A DNA stretch of 34,077 nt from Myxococcales bacterium (GCA_037441385.1 JBBISH010000067.1:1-34077), one strand, 5' to 3'; positions 19,510 to 29,055 are shown, numbered from the stretch's first letter. The notes: generated from the letters alone by a model not told the origin. Program-made: numbers and translations.

Positions 19510-22500
19510 ATGCTGCGCCGTTCCCTTGCCTTCGTGGTCCTTCTATCCGCTCTACTGGGGACGGTCCTGGCCGCGGGTCCCGTGGCGGCCCAGCCCCAGC
19601 TGCCGGCTGGCGTGGTCGAGCTGCACCGCGAGGCGCGTGGGGCCGTGACCGACGTATGGCTCCAGATTGACGCGAGCTACTTTGGTCCCCGCGGCCTGGA
19701 CGAGCTGTGGATCGAGAACCTTCAACGCCAGTACTTGCTCGAGCTCGGCGAGGTCGAACCTGGCCAACCCTATGCAATGCGTAGTGTTCGACTCTGGGCC
19801 AAAGCCCCGGCCGCGATCGCGGGCAGGTCGAAGGACCGCAAGCCGTTCCGGCTGCTGGTCGACCTGATGACGCCACCCACACCCGTGCCCAACAAACTTG
19901 GCGACCTACCCGCTAAGCCCATGGCCGCGGCTGGCACCGTCAGCGGCGTGGGGCAACCTGGCATCGTGGCAGGCGGTTTGAGTGGAAAGACCATCTACCT
20001 CAGCCCCGGCCACGGGTTCACATGGACGCAGTCGCTGAACGCCTGGGCCACGCAGCGCGGCAACACCAACGGGCTGGTCGAGGATTTGTTGAACGCAGAA
20101 GCCGCGTTGCACTACCTCATCCCCATGCTCCACAACGCAGGCGCCAAAGTGGTCACGGTTCGCGAGCGCGACTTGAATACGCAGATGGTCGTGGTCGACG
20201 ACGCCGAGGGCAGCCTACCCAGCGGCGCGGGGTACACCGAAATCGGTGGACCGTTCCAAAAGGGCAGCAATCCCGGGTTCGCTGCGGGCAAGGCGCCCTA
20301 TGGCGACGGCGACAACCCATTCGTCATGGGCGGTTACCGCGTGGTACCCGTGGTGGCGGGCAACCCGACCGCGACGGCCAAGTACGTCCCCGACGTGCCC
20401 GAACGTGGCCGGTATGCCGTGTACTTGGGCTACGTGGCCGGGAGCAACCGCGTCACCGACGCCCACGTCGAAATCCGCCACCTGGGCGGCACCACTCACT
20501 TGCGCGTCGACCAGACTCGGACGGGCGGGACTTGGCTGTACCTGGGGCACTATGCCTTTGACGCCGGGATCAGCCCCGACCAGGGCGCCGTGCTGCTGCA
20601 CAATGATTCGCTCCAGAGTCCAACAGGGAAGTACCTGATTGCCGACGTGATTCGCCTGGGCGGCGGCATGGGCGACGTGGCGCGCGGGACCGGCAAGCCG
20701 CCGGCCTCGGGCCCGACCTCCGGTAGGCCGCGTTGGGAGGAAAGTTGCCGGACCTACGCCCAATTCGCCGGCGCGCCGGCCACGGTGTACGACTGGTCGT
20801 CCAGCGACCCAAGCGACGACGTATCCTGCCGCAGCCGCATGGCCGCATGGGTGCACGAAAGTGGCGAAGATGCTCTGTACCTTTCGTGGCATACCAATGC
20901 TCCCGCACCTGCGCGCGGGACCTCGACCTATGTATACGGCCCCAACGAGCCCGACGGCACCTACCAGTTCACGGGTACTGCGGGCTCGGACGATCTTGCC
21001 AAGGTGGTGCACGGCGCAGTAGTAAGTGATATCAAAGCATTATGGGACTCCACGTGGAAGGATCGCGGCATCTTCACGGCCTGGTTCGGCGAGATCAACC
21101 CCAGTCACAACAACGAAATGCCCTCCGTCTTGGTCGAGGCGGCATTCCATTCGACCCCAGCCGATGCCGACGCCCTGCGCGAGCCGCGCTTCCGCCACCT
21201 TTTGGCCCGCGCGCTGTACAAAGGCATCGTCACGTACTTTGCCCAGCGCGATGGGCTGCCCGTGCTGCTAGCCCCCGAGCCCCCAGTCGGCGTGGCGGTC
21301 GTGCAGAACGCAGCGGGCAAGGCCACCGTGCAATGGTCTGCGGGGCCCAGCGGCGGTGCCTATGGCCAGCCGGCCACCAAGTACCGCGTGCAAACTTCTC
21401 TGAATGGTTTGGGATTTGACGATGGCAGCGAGACGGCCGCCACGACGCTCGAGGTGCCTCTGCCGCCAGTTGGCACGCCGCTTTTTGTGCGGGTCGTGGC
21501 TGTGAACGCGGGGGGCATGTCGCTGCCCACCGCTACCCTTGGCGCCGCGCAGGCCTGTGCGGGCGCTAAAACTGCCTTGGTTGTCCAGGGGTTCACGCGT
21601 CTCTCCGCGTCACTAGCGCCGATCGACGACCTCAGCGCTTTCGACTTGGGCCAGGTCCAGCGCCTGCGGCAATCGCGGATGAACACCTTCGACTACAGCA
21701 TCCAGCACATCCAGGCCCTGGCCGCAGCGGGTCTTGCCGTTGACTCGGCCGAGCGCGACGCGTTGGACCCCAACAACTCCGCGAGCCTCTTGGGAACCCA
21801 TACCCTGGTTGACTGGGCTGCCGGTGAGCAGTCGACCCTGGACGGCGTGCTCAGCGAGAGCCAAAAGTCGGCCTTGGTCCAGTGGCTACAGGCTAGCGCT
21901 GGACGCGCGCTGTGGTTGAACGGTTCGGAAGTAGCCTGGGCCTTGGATGCCAAGGCCGACGCGGCTGGCGGCGCCTGGCTACAGACTTGGTTTGGCGCTC
22001 GATTCGCGGCCGACGGCGCGGGCGTCTACACGGTCAGCGGCAGTGGCGGCCTTTCCGGGAGTTGGACCTTCGACGACGGCAGCCACCACAGCTACAACGT
22101 GGACAGCGCAGACACGTTTGCGCTAAAGGGCGCCACCGCCCTGCTGGCCTACGGATCGGGCAAGGGCAACGCCGCGACGCTGTTCAGCCCAGCTCCGGGC
22201 AACCACACCGTGCTGGTGGGCGTCCCGCTGGAGACCGTCTACCCGGCGAGCGATCGGGCGTCGCTGTTCAAGCAGCTTCTGCAGGTGAGTGCGATCGCAA
22301 GTGTTTGCGACACGCCGGGTACGCCCGATGGCGCTCCCGACGCCGGACTTGCCGACAGTAGCCCAGCCGACACAAGTGCTCCCGCCGCGGATGCGTTGGC
22401 CGACGACCTGGGCGGGGCGAACCCGACCGATACGTCGGGACAGTCCGACACAAGCCCCGGCGATATTGCAAAGAGCGATCTCGCGGTCGCCGAGACGGCC

Positions 22501-22713
22501 GGCGGCGACGGCGCCAGCGCGCTTGCCGATATCGGACAAGACAGCCAAGCGTCCGCCGTCGCCAAGCCCAGTTCGCCCAGCGACTCTGGGTGCCGCGCGG
22601 GAACCGGCAGCGCGAACGGCGGTGTGCGCACCGCCTTGGCTTTGGTCGCCGCGGTGTGGATACTCAGCCGCCGCCGCGCTCTACAAGACCGAGCCCAGCC
22701 GCGGTGCGGTTGA
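19510..22713 (+). CDS. Exported N-acetylmuramoyl-L-alanine amidase (Amidase_3-type) with golvesin-like insert, FN3 domain and MYXO-CTERM-like tail
   Basis: Signal peptide. Zn-ligand and catalytic motifs IYLSPGHG, VED, LSWHTNA and SVLVEAAFH. Insert GRYAVY…HLGG…VDQ…GGTWLYLGHY.F, FN3-like segment, Asp/Ser linker, then SGC…ALALVAAVWILSRRR. Confidence 0.82.
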   Translation: MLRRSLAFVVLLSALLGTVLAAGPVAAQPQLPAGVVELHREARGAVTDVWLQIDASYFGPRGLDELWIENLQRQYLLELGEVEPGQPYAMRSVRLWAKAPAAIAGRSKDRKPFRLLVDLMTPPTPVPNKLGDLPAKPMAAAGTVSGVGQPGIVAGGLSGKTIYLSPGHGFTWTQSLNAWATQRGNTNGLVEDLLNAEAALHYLIPMLHNAGAKVVTVRERDLNTQMVVVDDAEGSLPSGAGYTEIGGPFQKGSNPGFAAGKAPYGDGDNPFVMGGYRVVPVVAGNPTATAKYVPDVPERGRYAVYLGYVAGSNRVTDAHVEIRHLGGTTHLRVDQTRTGGTWLYLGHYAFDAGISPDQGAVLLHNDSLQSPTGKYLIADVIRLGGGMGDVARGTGKPPASGPTSGRPRWEESCRTYAQFAGAPATVYDWSSSDPSDDVSCRSRMAAWVHESGEDALYLSWHTNAPAPARGTSTYVYGPNEPDGTYQFTGTAGSDDLAKVVHGAVVSDIKALWDSTWKDRGIFTAWFGEINPSHNNEMPSVLVEAAFHSTPADADALREPRFRHLLARALYKGIVTYFAQRDGLPVLLAPEPPVGVAVVQNAAGKATVQWSAGPSGGAYGQPATKYRVQTSLNGLGFDDGSETAATTLEVPLPPVGTPLFVRVVAVNAGGMSLPTATLGAAQACAGAKTALVVQGFTRLSASLAPIDDLSAFDLGQVQRLRQSRMNTFDYSIQHIQALAAAGLAVDSAERDALDPNNSASLLGTHTLVDWAAGEQSTLDGVLSESQKSALVQWLQASAGRALWLNGSEVAWALDAKADAAGGAWLQTWFGARFAADGAGVYTVSGSGGLSGSWTFDDGSHHSYNVDSADTFALKGATALLAYGSGKGNAATLFSPAPGNHTVLVGVPLETVYPASDRASLFKQLLQVSAIASVCDTPGTPDGAPDAGLADSSPADTSAPAADALADDLGGANPTDTSGQSDTSPGDIAKSDLAVAETAGGDGASALADIGQDSQASAVAKPSSPSDSGCRAGTGSANGGVRTALALVAAVWILSRRRALQDRAQPRCG

Positions 22714-22770
22714 CACGCTATTGCGTCGCGGCCAGTGTAGCGCGACCCAACTTCCACTCGGAGTTCCACA

Positions 22771-23277
22771 ATGCCCAATCCCACTGCCCTGGTCGAGACC
22801 ACGCTTGGCCACTTCACGATCGAACTCTACTTGGACCAGATGCCAGTCACGGCCGGCAACTTCATCCGCCTGGCCAAAGAAGGCTTCTACGATGGCCTGC
22901 ATTTCCATCGCGTTATCAAGAAGTTCATGATTCAGTTCGGCTGCCCGTACAGCCGAGACCCGCGCAGCCCGCGCGCCGGCACGGGCGATTCCCCCTACGG
23001 CACCATCCGCGACGAGTTCACCGCGCGCCTGTCCAATGAACCCGGCACCCTGTCGATGGCCAACACGGGGCAGCCCAATTCAGGCAGCTGCCAGTTCTTC
23101 ATCAACACCGTGCACAATCCCTACCTGGACTGGTTCACGCCTGGCGCCAGCCGTCACCCCGTCTTCGGCAGAGTCACCAGCGGCATGGATGTTGTCAAGG
23201 CGATCGAAACCGCGCCCACCTCGCAGGATCGCCCGCTGACGCCGATCAAGGTCGAGCGCATTACGGTGTCGGACTAG
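22771..23277 (+). CDS. Cyclophilin-type peptidyl-prolyl cis-trans isomerase
   Basis: [40 protein letters not shown] and HPVFGRV. Confidence 0.96.
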   Translation: MPNPTALVETTLGHFTIELYLDQMPVTAGNFIRLAKEGFYDGLHFHRVIKKFMIQFGCPYSRDPRSPRAGTGDSPYGTIRDEFTARLSNEPGTLSMANTGQPNSGSCQFFINTVHNPYLDWFTPGASRHPVFGRVTSGMDVVKAIETAPTSQDRPLTPIKVERITVSD

Positions 23278-23294
23278 CGCGTTGAGGTGTCGGC

Positions 23295-23459
23295 CTAGAG
23301 CACGGATCAGAAACCCAGTCCTGGGGGCAAACGTCGCGGCGGGTCGCGCCAGTGCAGGGCTCTGGGGGGCCCGCTTGCGACCCACTGAGCATCAACGAGT
23401 TTTCGTCAGCGAGTGGTCTCGTTGCTCTGAACCTCGGAGATTTGTGATTGGTGTTTTAG
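23295..23459. mobile_element. Candidate degenerate MITE with CTAGAG terminal inverted repeats
   Basis: ctagagcacggatcagaaa (23295-23313) pairs with tttgtgattggtgttttag (23441-23459): 14/19 Watson-Crick, 17/19 counting G-T. No convincing coding content inside. Confidence 0.4.
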
Positions 23460-23465
23460 TTGAAC

Positions 23466-23528
23466 TGACCCGACCGGCACCCGGCGTCCACGAGAATCAG
23501 CCCAGGACTCGCAACCACCAGGAATGCC
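23466..23528 (-). repeat. Probable reverse-oriented copy C of the dispersed repeat
   Basis: cgagaatcagcc (23491-23502) is the exact reverse complement of ggctgattctcg (9730-9741). The adjacent tgacccgaccggcacccggcg matches the reverse complement of the copy A flank at 15/21. Confidence 0.4.
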
Positions 23529-23608
23529 TGCGGCCCCGCCAGGGCGCTGCGCCAGACGCGGGCGGCGCGCCCGGGGCGGGTGTCCCTTTTTGGTGAGGTG
23601 CGATGCGT

Positions 23609-23633
23609 GTGTAGTATGTAGTACACACTACAC
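23609..23633. promoter_or_regulatory. 25-bp palindrome, operator-like
   Basis: gtgtagtatgta-g-tacacactacac, 11/12 arm symmetry, AT-rich compared with its surroundings, upstream of the CHAT gene and 1 bp before an in-frame ATG (23635). Confidence 0.5.
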
Positions 23634-23727
23634 GATGGTCCAAAAAACCTTTGACGGCTTGACGGCCCCGTGGACGCCGCGCACGCTGGCAGGGCAACAG
23701 CGACGTCCTGCCGCGCAAGTGGGCCAC

Positions 23728-26700
23728 ATGACCGGCAATCCGCGCAATCCGCCCTGGCGTCCGCCAGTTGGTTGGCCACACCGGCTGGCTGTGTGTGGGG
23801 TGGCCGCGGTGATGGTCTGCGGCCATGCCGCCACCAGCCTCGCCGAACCTGCGCCAGCCGCACAGCCTGCTGACGACCAAGCAGCGCGACTGGCCGAAGC
23901 CGACCGCTTGACCGAGGAAGTGGAGCGTTTGGCGGGTGCAGACCGGGCGGCAGAGGCGGTTCCACTGGCGCGCCGCGCGCTGGCTCTGCGCGAGAAAGCT
24001 CTGGGACCGGATCACTTGGCCGTGGGGCAGGCCGCCAACAACCTTGCCTATCTCTTGAAAGCCACCGGCGACCTGTCGGGCGCCGAGGCCTTGTATCGGC
24101 GAGCGCTGGCTATTCGCGAGCGGGCCCTGGGCGCAGACCACGTACAACTGGTCGTTCCGCTGAACAATCTTGCGGCGGTTCTGCGCGCCCGCGGCGACCC
24201 GGCAGCGGCCGAGGCGGCCTACAAGCGCGCCCTGATCATTCTGGAAAGGGCGGTCGGACCCGATCACCCCAATGTCGCGATCATTCTTGGCAACTATGCA
24301 ACGCTGCAGCGTGAGCGCGGGGACCTGGCCGCCGCGGTTGCGCTGCTGCGGCGCTTGCTGACTCTGGACCAGAAAAACCTGGGGCCCGACGACCCAGAGA
24401 CCCTGGAGGCGCAGGTGACCCTGGCCCATGTGCTCATGGAACAAGGGGACCTGGCAGCTGCGGAGCCTCTGCTGCGCGACGCACTGCCGCGCCGCGAGAA
24501 GGCGCTTTCCGCGGATCATCCCGACGTGGTGGATTTGGTCTGCGACCTCGCGTCGCTCTTGCAGGATCGGGGCAACCTGGTGCAGGCCGAGCCCTTGTAC
24601 CGGAGGGCGCTGGCGGCGCTGCAGGCGAGGCTGGGGCCCGAAAGTGGCAATGTGGCGGCACTGCTCAACAATTTTGCATTACTGCTCAAAGACTTAGGGC
24701 GCTATGACGAAGCTGCTCGGCTCTTCCGGCGGGCGCTGGCCATTCGCGAAAAGCAGTTCGGTCCCGAGCATGTCGAGGTGGCGCTAGTACTGCGCAACTT
24801 GGCCATTCTTCTCCATGCCCAAGGCGACCTGGCCGCCGCCGAACCGCCACTGCGGCGCGCCCTGGCCATCTATACCAAACATCACGGCGCCGAACACGCC
24901 ACAGTCGCGCAGGTACTGGCCAGCCTGGCTTCGCTGCTCCACGACAAGGGCGACTTGGCCGGCGCCGAGCCGCTGTACCGGCAGGCCTTGGCCATGCGCG
25001 AGAAGGTCCGCGGTCCAGACCACTTGGAAGTGGCCGACAGCTTGAATGATCTTGCCTCGCTGTTGCAGGATCGGCGTGACCTGGCTGGCGCCGAGCCGCT
25101 GTACCGGCAGGCGCTGGCCATTCGCGACAAGCGGTTGGGGGCCGCGGACGCGCGCGTGGCACAGAGCCTGAACAATCTTGCGTTGGTGCTGAAGCAGAAG
25201 GGCGACCTTGCGGGGGCCGAGGTGTTGTACCGGCGGTCTGTGCGGGTGCTCGAGGCCTCGCGCGGGCTGGACCACCCCGACACGGCTGTGCCGATCAACA
25301 ACCTGGCCAACCTGTTGCAGATCAAGGGCGATCTCGTCGAGGCAGGGGCGCTGCACCGCCGCGCTCTGGCGATCCGCGAGCGGTCCCTGGGGCCGCAGCA
25401 CCCGCTGGTGGCTGCCAGTCTGCAGAACTTGGCGACCTTGCTGGAGGCGCAGAGCGACCCGCGCAGCTCGGCGCCGTTGCGGTTGCGTGCGCTGGGTATC
25501 GAAGAGAAGCAACTCGCGGGTTTGCTGCTGATCGGTTCCGAGCAACAAAAGCTGAACTATGCCAACACGTTGATGGGGTCAACCCACGCCGCCGTCAGCT
25601 TGGCTGTGGCTCACCCCGAACTGCCGAGCGCGGTGCGGGCGGGCCTGACGGCAGTCCTACAGCGCAAAGGTCGGGTTCTGGACGCGTTGGTCCAGACCGG
25701 CGAGGTCCTGCGCCATCGCGGCAGCCCTGAGGAGCGGCGTCTGCTCACCGAGCTTGTGACGGCACGCGCCGAGTTGGCGGCCCGCTATGCCCATGGTCCT
25801 TCGAGCGGTCAAGCCCAGACATTCCTCGCTGAACTCGAACAGTTGCAGCACCAGGTTGAAGCGCTGGAACGGGCTTTGGCCAGTGCCTCGCCGCAAGCTG
25901 GTGCCATGCTTCTTCCGGTCGACGTGGCGCGTGTCCAGGCCGCGTTGCCACGAACCGCGCTGCTGGTCGAATTCCTGCGCTATCAGCCCTTTGACGCGGC
26001 AGCCAAGAATGCCGACGACCGCTGGCAGGCACCGCGCTACGCGGCCTTTGTCCTGGGCGCTACTGGCGATCCTGCGGTCATCGACTTGGGACCTGCCACC
26101 GCCATCGACGCCGCCGCAGACAGCGCCCGTCGCAGCTTGGCCGCCGGCCATGACTCCGCGAAAGCCAGCTTGCGCCGCCTGGACGCCCTGGTTTTGGCCC
26201 CCTTGCGGCCCAAGTTGCGCAAAGCTGCGCTGGTGCTGGCCTCGCCAGACGGCGCGCTGCACACCGTGCCGCTGGACGCACTGGTCGATGAGCGCGGCCA
26301 TTTTGCCCTGGAATCCCTAGCACTCCATGACCTGAGCAGTGGTCGCGACCTGCTGCGCGGGGCAGAGCAGAAGTCGGCAGGCCAACCGCCCTTGCTGCTC
26401 GCCGACCCCGACTTTGACGCCGCCCCAGAGCCCAAAGACGCCACCGAGGTAGGGGCTGCCCCCGCCGCTGGCGTGGCGGCGATGCGCTGGACGCGGCTGG
26501 CCGGCACGGCTCAAGAGGCCGCAGCCATCGCTCCCCTGCTGCCCACAGTGCGGACGCTGCTCGGCCCGGCAGCCACAGAGTCCGCAGTCAAGTCCGCGCA
26601 CGCGCCCGCGATTCTGCACATTGCGACTCACGGCTTCTTCTTGGAGGATCTTCCCGCCCGCGGCAGCGCCGGCAGTCGCGGTGCGCAGCTGATGGGCGAC

Positions 26701-27207
26701 GACCTGGGCGAGGTCCCGCGCCCCAATGCCATGCCTGCGGGTGGCCAGCTGGGCGGCAACCCGTTGCTGCGTTCGGGGCTGATCCTGGCGGGCATCGGCG
26801 CCGGGAGCCCAGGGGCCAACGACGGCGCCCTGACCGCCCTGGAGGTCACGGCCCTGGACTTGTGGGGCACGGCGCTGGTGGTCCTATCTGCCTGCAGTAC
26901 CGGCCGCGGCGAAATCCAGAACGGCGAAGGGGTCTTTGGGCTGCGGCGCGCCTTTGCCATGGCGGGTGCCCAGAGCCTGGTACTCAGCCTCTGGGACGTG
27001 GACGACGACGCCACCCGCGCGCTGATGGTGGCCTTTTACACGAACTTGCTCGCCGGCAGCAGTCGCGCCGAGGCCTTGCGCGCGGCCAAGCGCAGCCTGC
27101 TCGCAACGCCGCAGTGGGCGCACCCCAACTTCTGGGCGGCGTTCATCGCCTCGGGCGCCTGGGGGCCGCTGCCGGGCATGACTCCGGCAGCGCAGCGACC
27201 CCGATAA
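23728..27207 (+). CDS. TPR-repeat CHAT-domain (caspase/HetF-like) cysteine protease, probably exported
   Basis: About 13 42-aa TPR units (AEPLYRRAL.IRE..LG..HP.VA..LNNLA); catalytic LHIATHG and VVLSACSTG; SLWDVDD; HPNFWAAF. Start uncertain (23635 or 23728); hydrophobic N-terminal segment ending SLA-E. Confidence 0.9.
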   Translation: MTGNPRNPPWRPPVGWPHRLAVCGVAAVMVCGHAATSLAEPAPAAQPADDQAARLAEADRLTEEVERLAGADRAAEAVPLARRALALREKALGPDHLAVGQAANNLAYLLKATGDLSGAEALYRRALAIRERALGADHVQLVVPLNNLAAVLRARGDPAAAEAAYKRALIILERAVGPDHPNVAIILGNYATLQRERGDLAAAVALLRRLLTLDQKNLGPDDPETLEAQVTLAHVLMEQGDLAAAEPLLRDALPRREKALSADHPDVVDLVCDLASLLQDRGNLVQAEPLYRRALAALQARLGPESGNVAALLNNFALLLKDLGRYDEAARLFRRALAIREKQFGPEHVEVALVLRNLAILLHAQGDLAAAEPPLRRALAIYTKHHGAEHATVAQVLASLASLLHDKGDLAGAEPLYRQALAMREKVRGPDHLEVADSLNDLASLLQDRRDLAGAEPLYRQALAIRDKRLGAADARVAQSLNNLALVLKQKGDLAGAEVLYRRSVRVLEASRGLDHPDTAVPINNLANLLQIKGDLVEAGALHRRALAIRERSLGPQHPLVAASLQNLATLLEAQSDPRSSAPLRLRALGIEEKQLAGLLLIGSEQQKLNYANTLMGSTHAAVSLAVAHPELPSAVRAGLTAVLQRKGRVLDALVQTGEVLRHRGSPEERRLLTELVTARAELAARYAHGPSSGQAQTFLAELEQLQHQVEALERALASASPQAGAMLLPVDVARVQAALPRTALLVEFLRYQPFDAAAKNADDRWQAPRYAAFVLGATGDPAVIDLGPATAIDAAADSARRSLAAGHDSAKASLRRLDALVLAPLRPKLRKAALVLASPDGALHTVPLDALVDERGHFALESLALHDLSSGRDLLRGAEQKSAGQPPLLLADPDFDAAPEPKDATEVGAAPAAGVAAMRWTRLAGTAQEAAAIAPLLPTVRTLLGPAATESAVKSAHAPAILHIATHGFFLEDLPARGSAGSRGAQLMGDDLGEVPRPNAMPAGGQLGGNPLLRSGLILAGIGAGSPGANDGALTALEVTALDLWGTALVVLSACSTGRGEIQNGEGVFGLRRAFAMAGAQSLVLSLWDVDDDATRALMVAFYTNLLAGSSRAEALRAAKRSLLATPQWAHPNFWAAFIASGAWGPLPGMTPAAQRPR

Positions 27208-27246
27208 TCTATCAGCCGTTCAGTTTCTCAAAGGCACCGGGCCGAA

Positions 27247-27309
27247 CTAGAGACCCGGCCAAATCCTGGATATTCATTCAGGACTTCGTTCTTCTGGCCG
27301 CGTCTCTTG
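27247..27309. repeat. Short inverted-repeat element with CTAGAG end
   Basis: ctagagacccggcca (27247-27261) pairs with tggccgcgtctcttg (27295-27309) at 13/15; inner hairpin tcctggat-attc-attcagga. Lies between convergent genes. Confidence 0.5.
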
Positions 27310-27351
27310 CCCCAAGCGGGGCGCAAGCGAGCGCCCACAGCGACTCGCCGC

Positions 27352-27380
27352 GCCGAGTTCGAAGGTTCGGATGCGCGAAG
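27352..27380 (+). repeat. Partial copy D of the dispersed repeat
   Basis: gccgagttc-gaaggt-tcggatg-c-gcgaag versus gccgagttc-accagaa-tcggatg-gcgaag at 10454-10482. Confidence 0.4.
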
Positions 27381-27402
27381 GAAGTCTAGGTTGGTCCGCC
27401 CT

Positions 27403-28767
27403 CTAGGCCAGCCCGCGCTCGGCAGAGCGGACGGCGGCGCGCAATTCGGCTTCGATGGCATCGCAGCGCTCGGGCGACTCGGCCTCGCAGCGCATCACCA
27501 GCACCGGCCCAGTGTTGGAAGCGCGCACCAATCCCCAGCCGTCGCCAAACAAGACGCGCACCCCGTCGATGTCGATGACCTCGTGGGTTTGCTTGTACTG
27601 GCCGGCCACCGCCTCCACGACGGCAAACTTGATCTCGTCGGGGCAGTCCAAGCGAAGCTCGGCAGTCGCGTGGGTGGCGGGCACATCCGTCAGGAACTGG
27701 GACAGCGGCCGCTGGTCGTTCGACACGATTTCGAGCAGCCGACAAGTCGTGTAGGTGGCGTCGTCGTAGCCGAAGTAGCGGTGTTTGTAGAAGATATGGC
27801 CGCTCATCTCGCCGGCCAGCTGGGCGCCCTCGCGCTTCATCCGGTCCTTGATCAGCGAATGCCCCACCTTGCTGAGCACCGGACGGCCGCCGTGCTTGGC
27901 AATGTCCTCGAACAGGGTCTGGCTGCACTTGACCTCGGCGACGATGGCGGCGCCGGGCACCTCGCGCAACAGCGCCCGCGACAACACAATCATCAGCTTG
28001 TCGCCCCAGAGGATCCCGCCCTTCTCGTCCACAACGCCGATGCGGTCGCCGTCGCCGTCGTAGGCCACGCCCAAATCCGCATCCGTTTCGGCAACTTTGG
28101 CGCGCAGGTCGGCCAGGTTGGCCTCGACGGTCGGGTCGGGGTGGTGGTTGGGAAAGCGCCCGTCGGGCTCGGTAAAAAGCTCAACGACTTCGCAGCCTAG
28201 CCGCCGCAGGATCACGGGCGCGACCGGCCCCGTGGGCCCGTTGCCCGCGTCGACCACGACCTTGAGGCGGCGCGGCCCCAGCTTGACGTTGCCGGCACAG
28301 AAATCGACGTACGGGTGGAAAATGTCCACGTCCGTCACGCTGCCTGGGCCCTGCTCCAGGTACGCGCCGTCCTGGATGATGCGCCGCAGGGCCTGCACCT
28401 CGTCGCCGTGCATGCTGGCTTTGTCCAACGTGATTTTCAGGCCGTTGTCGCCGGCAGGATTGTGAGAGCCGGTGACCATCACGCCGCCGGCCACGTCCAA
28501 GGTGAACGCGGCAAAGTAGACCATCGGCGTCGCCACCACGCCCACGTCGCGCACGTGGATGCCGCCGCGCACCAAGCCGGCGATCAACGCGGTGGCGATG
28601 CGGGGGCTCGACAGGCGCGCGTCGCGACCCACGGCCAAAACGGGCGGAAGTCCGCGGAGATGGACCGTCGTCGCAATCGCGCGGCCCAGCGCGTGGACCA
28701 GATCGTCGTCCAGGTCGCGGTCGGCGACGCCGCGGATGTCGTAGGCACGAAAAATGTTTGGATTCAT
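27403..28767 (-). CDS. Phosphomannomutase/phosphoglucomutase (AlgC-like)
   Basis: IFRAYDIRG, active-site TGSHNP, metal loop DGDGDR, GEMSGH and LVRASNT. Start ATG 28767 (alternative 28773). Confidence 0.95.
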   Translation of the reverse strand: MNPNIFRAYDIRGVADRDLDDDLVHALGRAIATTVHLRGLPPVLAVGRDARLSSPRIATALIAGLVRGGIHVRDVGVVATPMVYFAAFTLDVAGGVMVTGSHNPAGDNGLKITLDKASMHGDEVQALRRIIQDGAYLEQGPGSVTDVDIFHPYVDFCAGNVKLGPRRLKVVVDAGNGPTGPVAPVILRRLGCEVVELFTEPDGRFPNHHPDPTVEANLADLRAKVAETDADLGVAYDGDGDRIGVVDEKGGILWGDKLMIVLSRALLREVPGAAIVAEVKCSQTLFEDIAKHGGRPVLSKVGHSLIKDRMKREGAQLAGEMSGHIFYKHRYFGYDDATYTTCRLLEIVSNDQRPLSQFLTDVPATHATAELRLDCPDEIKFAVVEAVAGQYKQTHEVIDIDGVRVLFGDGWGLVRASNTGPVLVMRCEAESPERCDAIEAELRAAVRSAERGLA

Positions 28768-29010
28768 TGGCATTCTCGCAACTCAACCCCACCGCCCGGG
28801 GCCGGGTAGCATACGGTCGCGGCGCTGCCGGAGCAAGCGCGGTCCTGCGCCTTTGGGCCGCCTTGGTCGCAGCTCCGTCACGGCAGCATTGAGTCGCTGC
28901 GGCAAAAGTGCCATGGTGCGTGCGCGATACGCCTCTGCGCGTCGCCAGTACCCGTGGGGGCACAAGCGAGCGCGAGCAGCGGATCGCCGCGCCGAACTCC
29001 TGGGTGCAGT

Positions 29011-29055
29011 GGCCTGGAGAAGCCCGGCCTGGAGAAGCCCGGCCCGGAGAAGTCC
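29011..29055. repeat. 3 x 15-bp tandem direct repeat in the divergent PMM/PGM-SDR intergenic region
   Basis: ggcctggagaagccc, ggcctggagaagccc, ggcccggagaagtcc. Confidence 0.85.

Noticed and set aside
22710..22740. TTGACA upstream of the cyclophilin gene as a sigma70 promoter
   Set aside because: It overlaps the amidase stop codon and there is no convincing -10 hexamer at 16-18 bp spacing.
27403..28767. PMM/PGM as a dedicated mannose supplier for the TMTC-like enzyme
   Set aside because: It lies about 18 kb away, is a housekeeping enzyme, and no GDP-mannose or polyprenol-phosphate-mannose synthase gene links the two.
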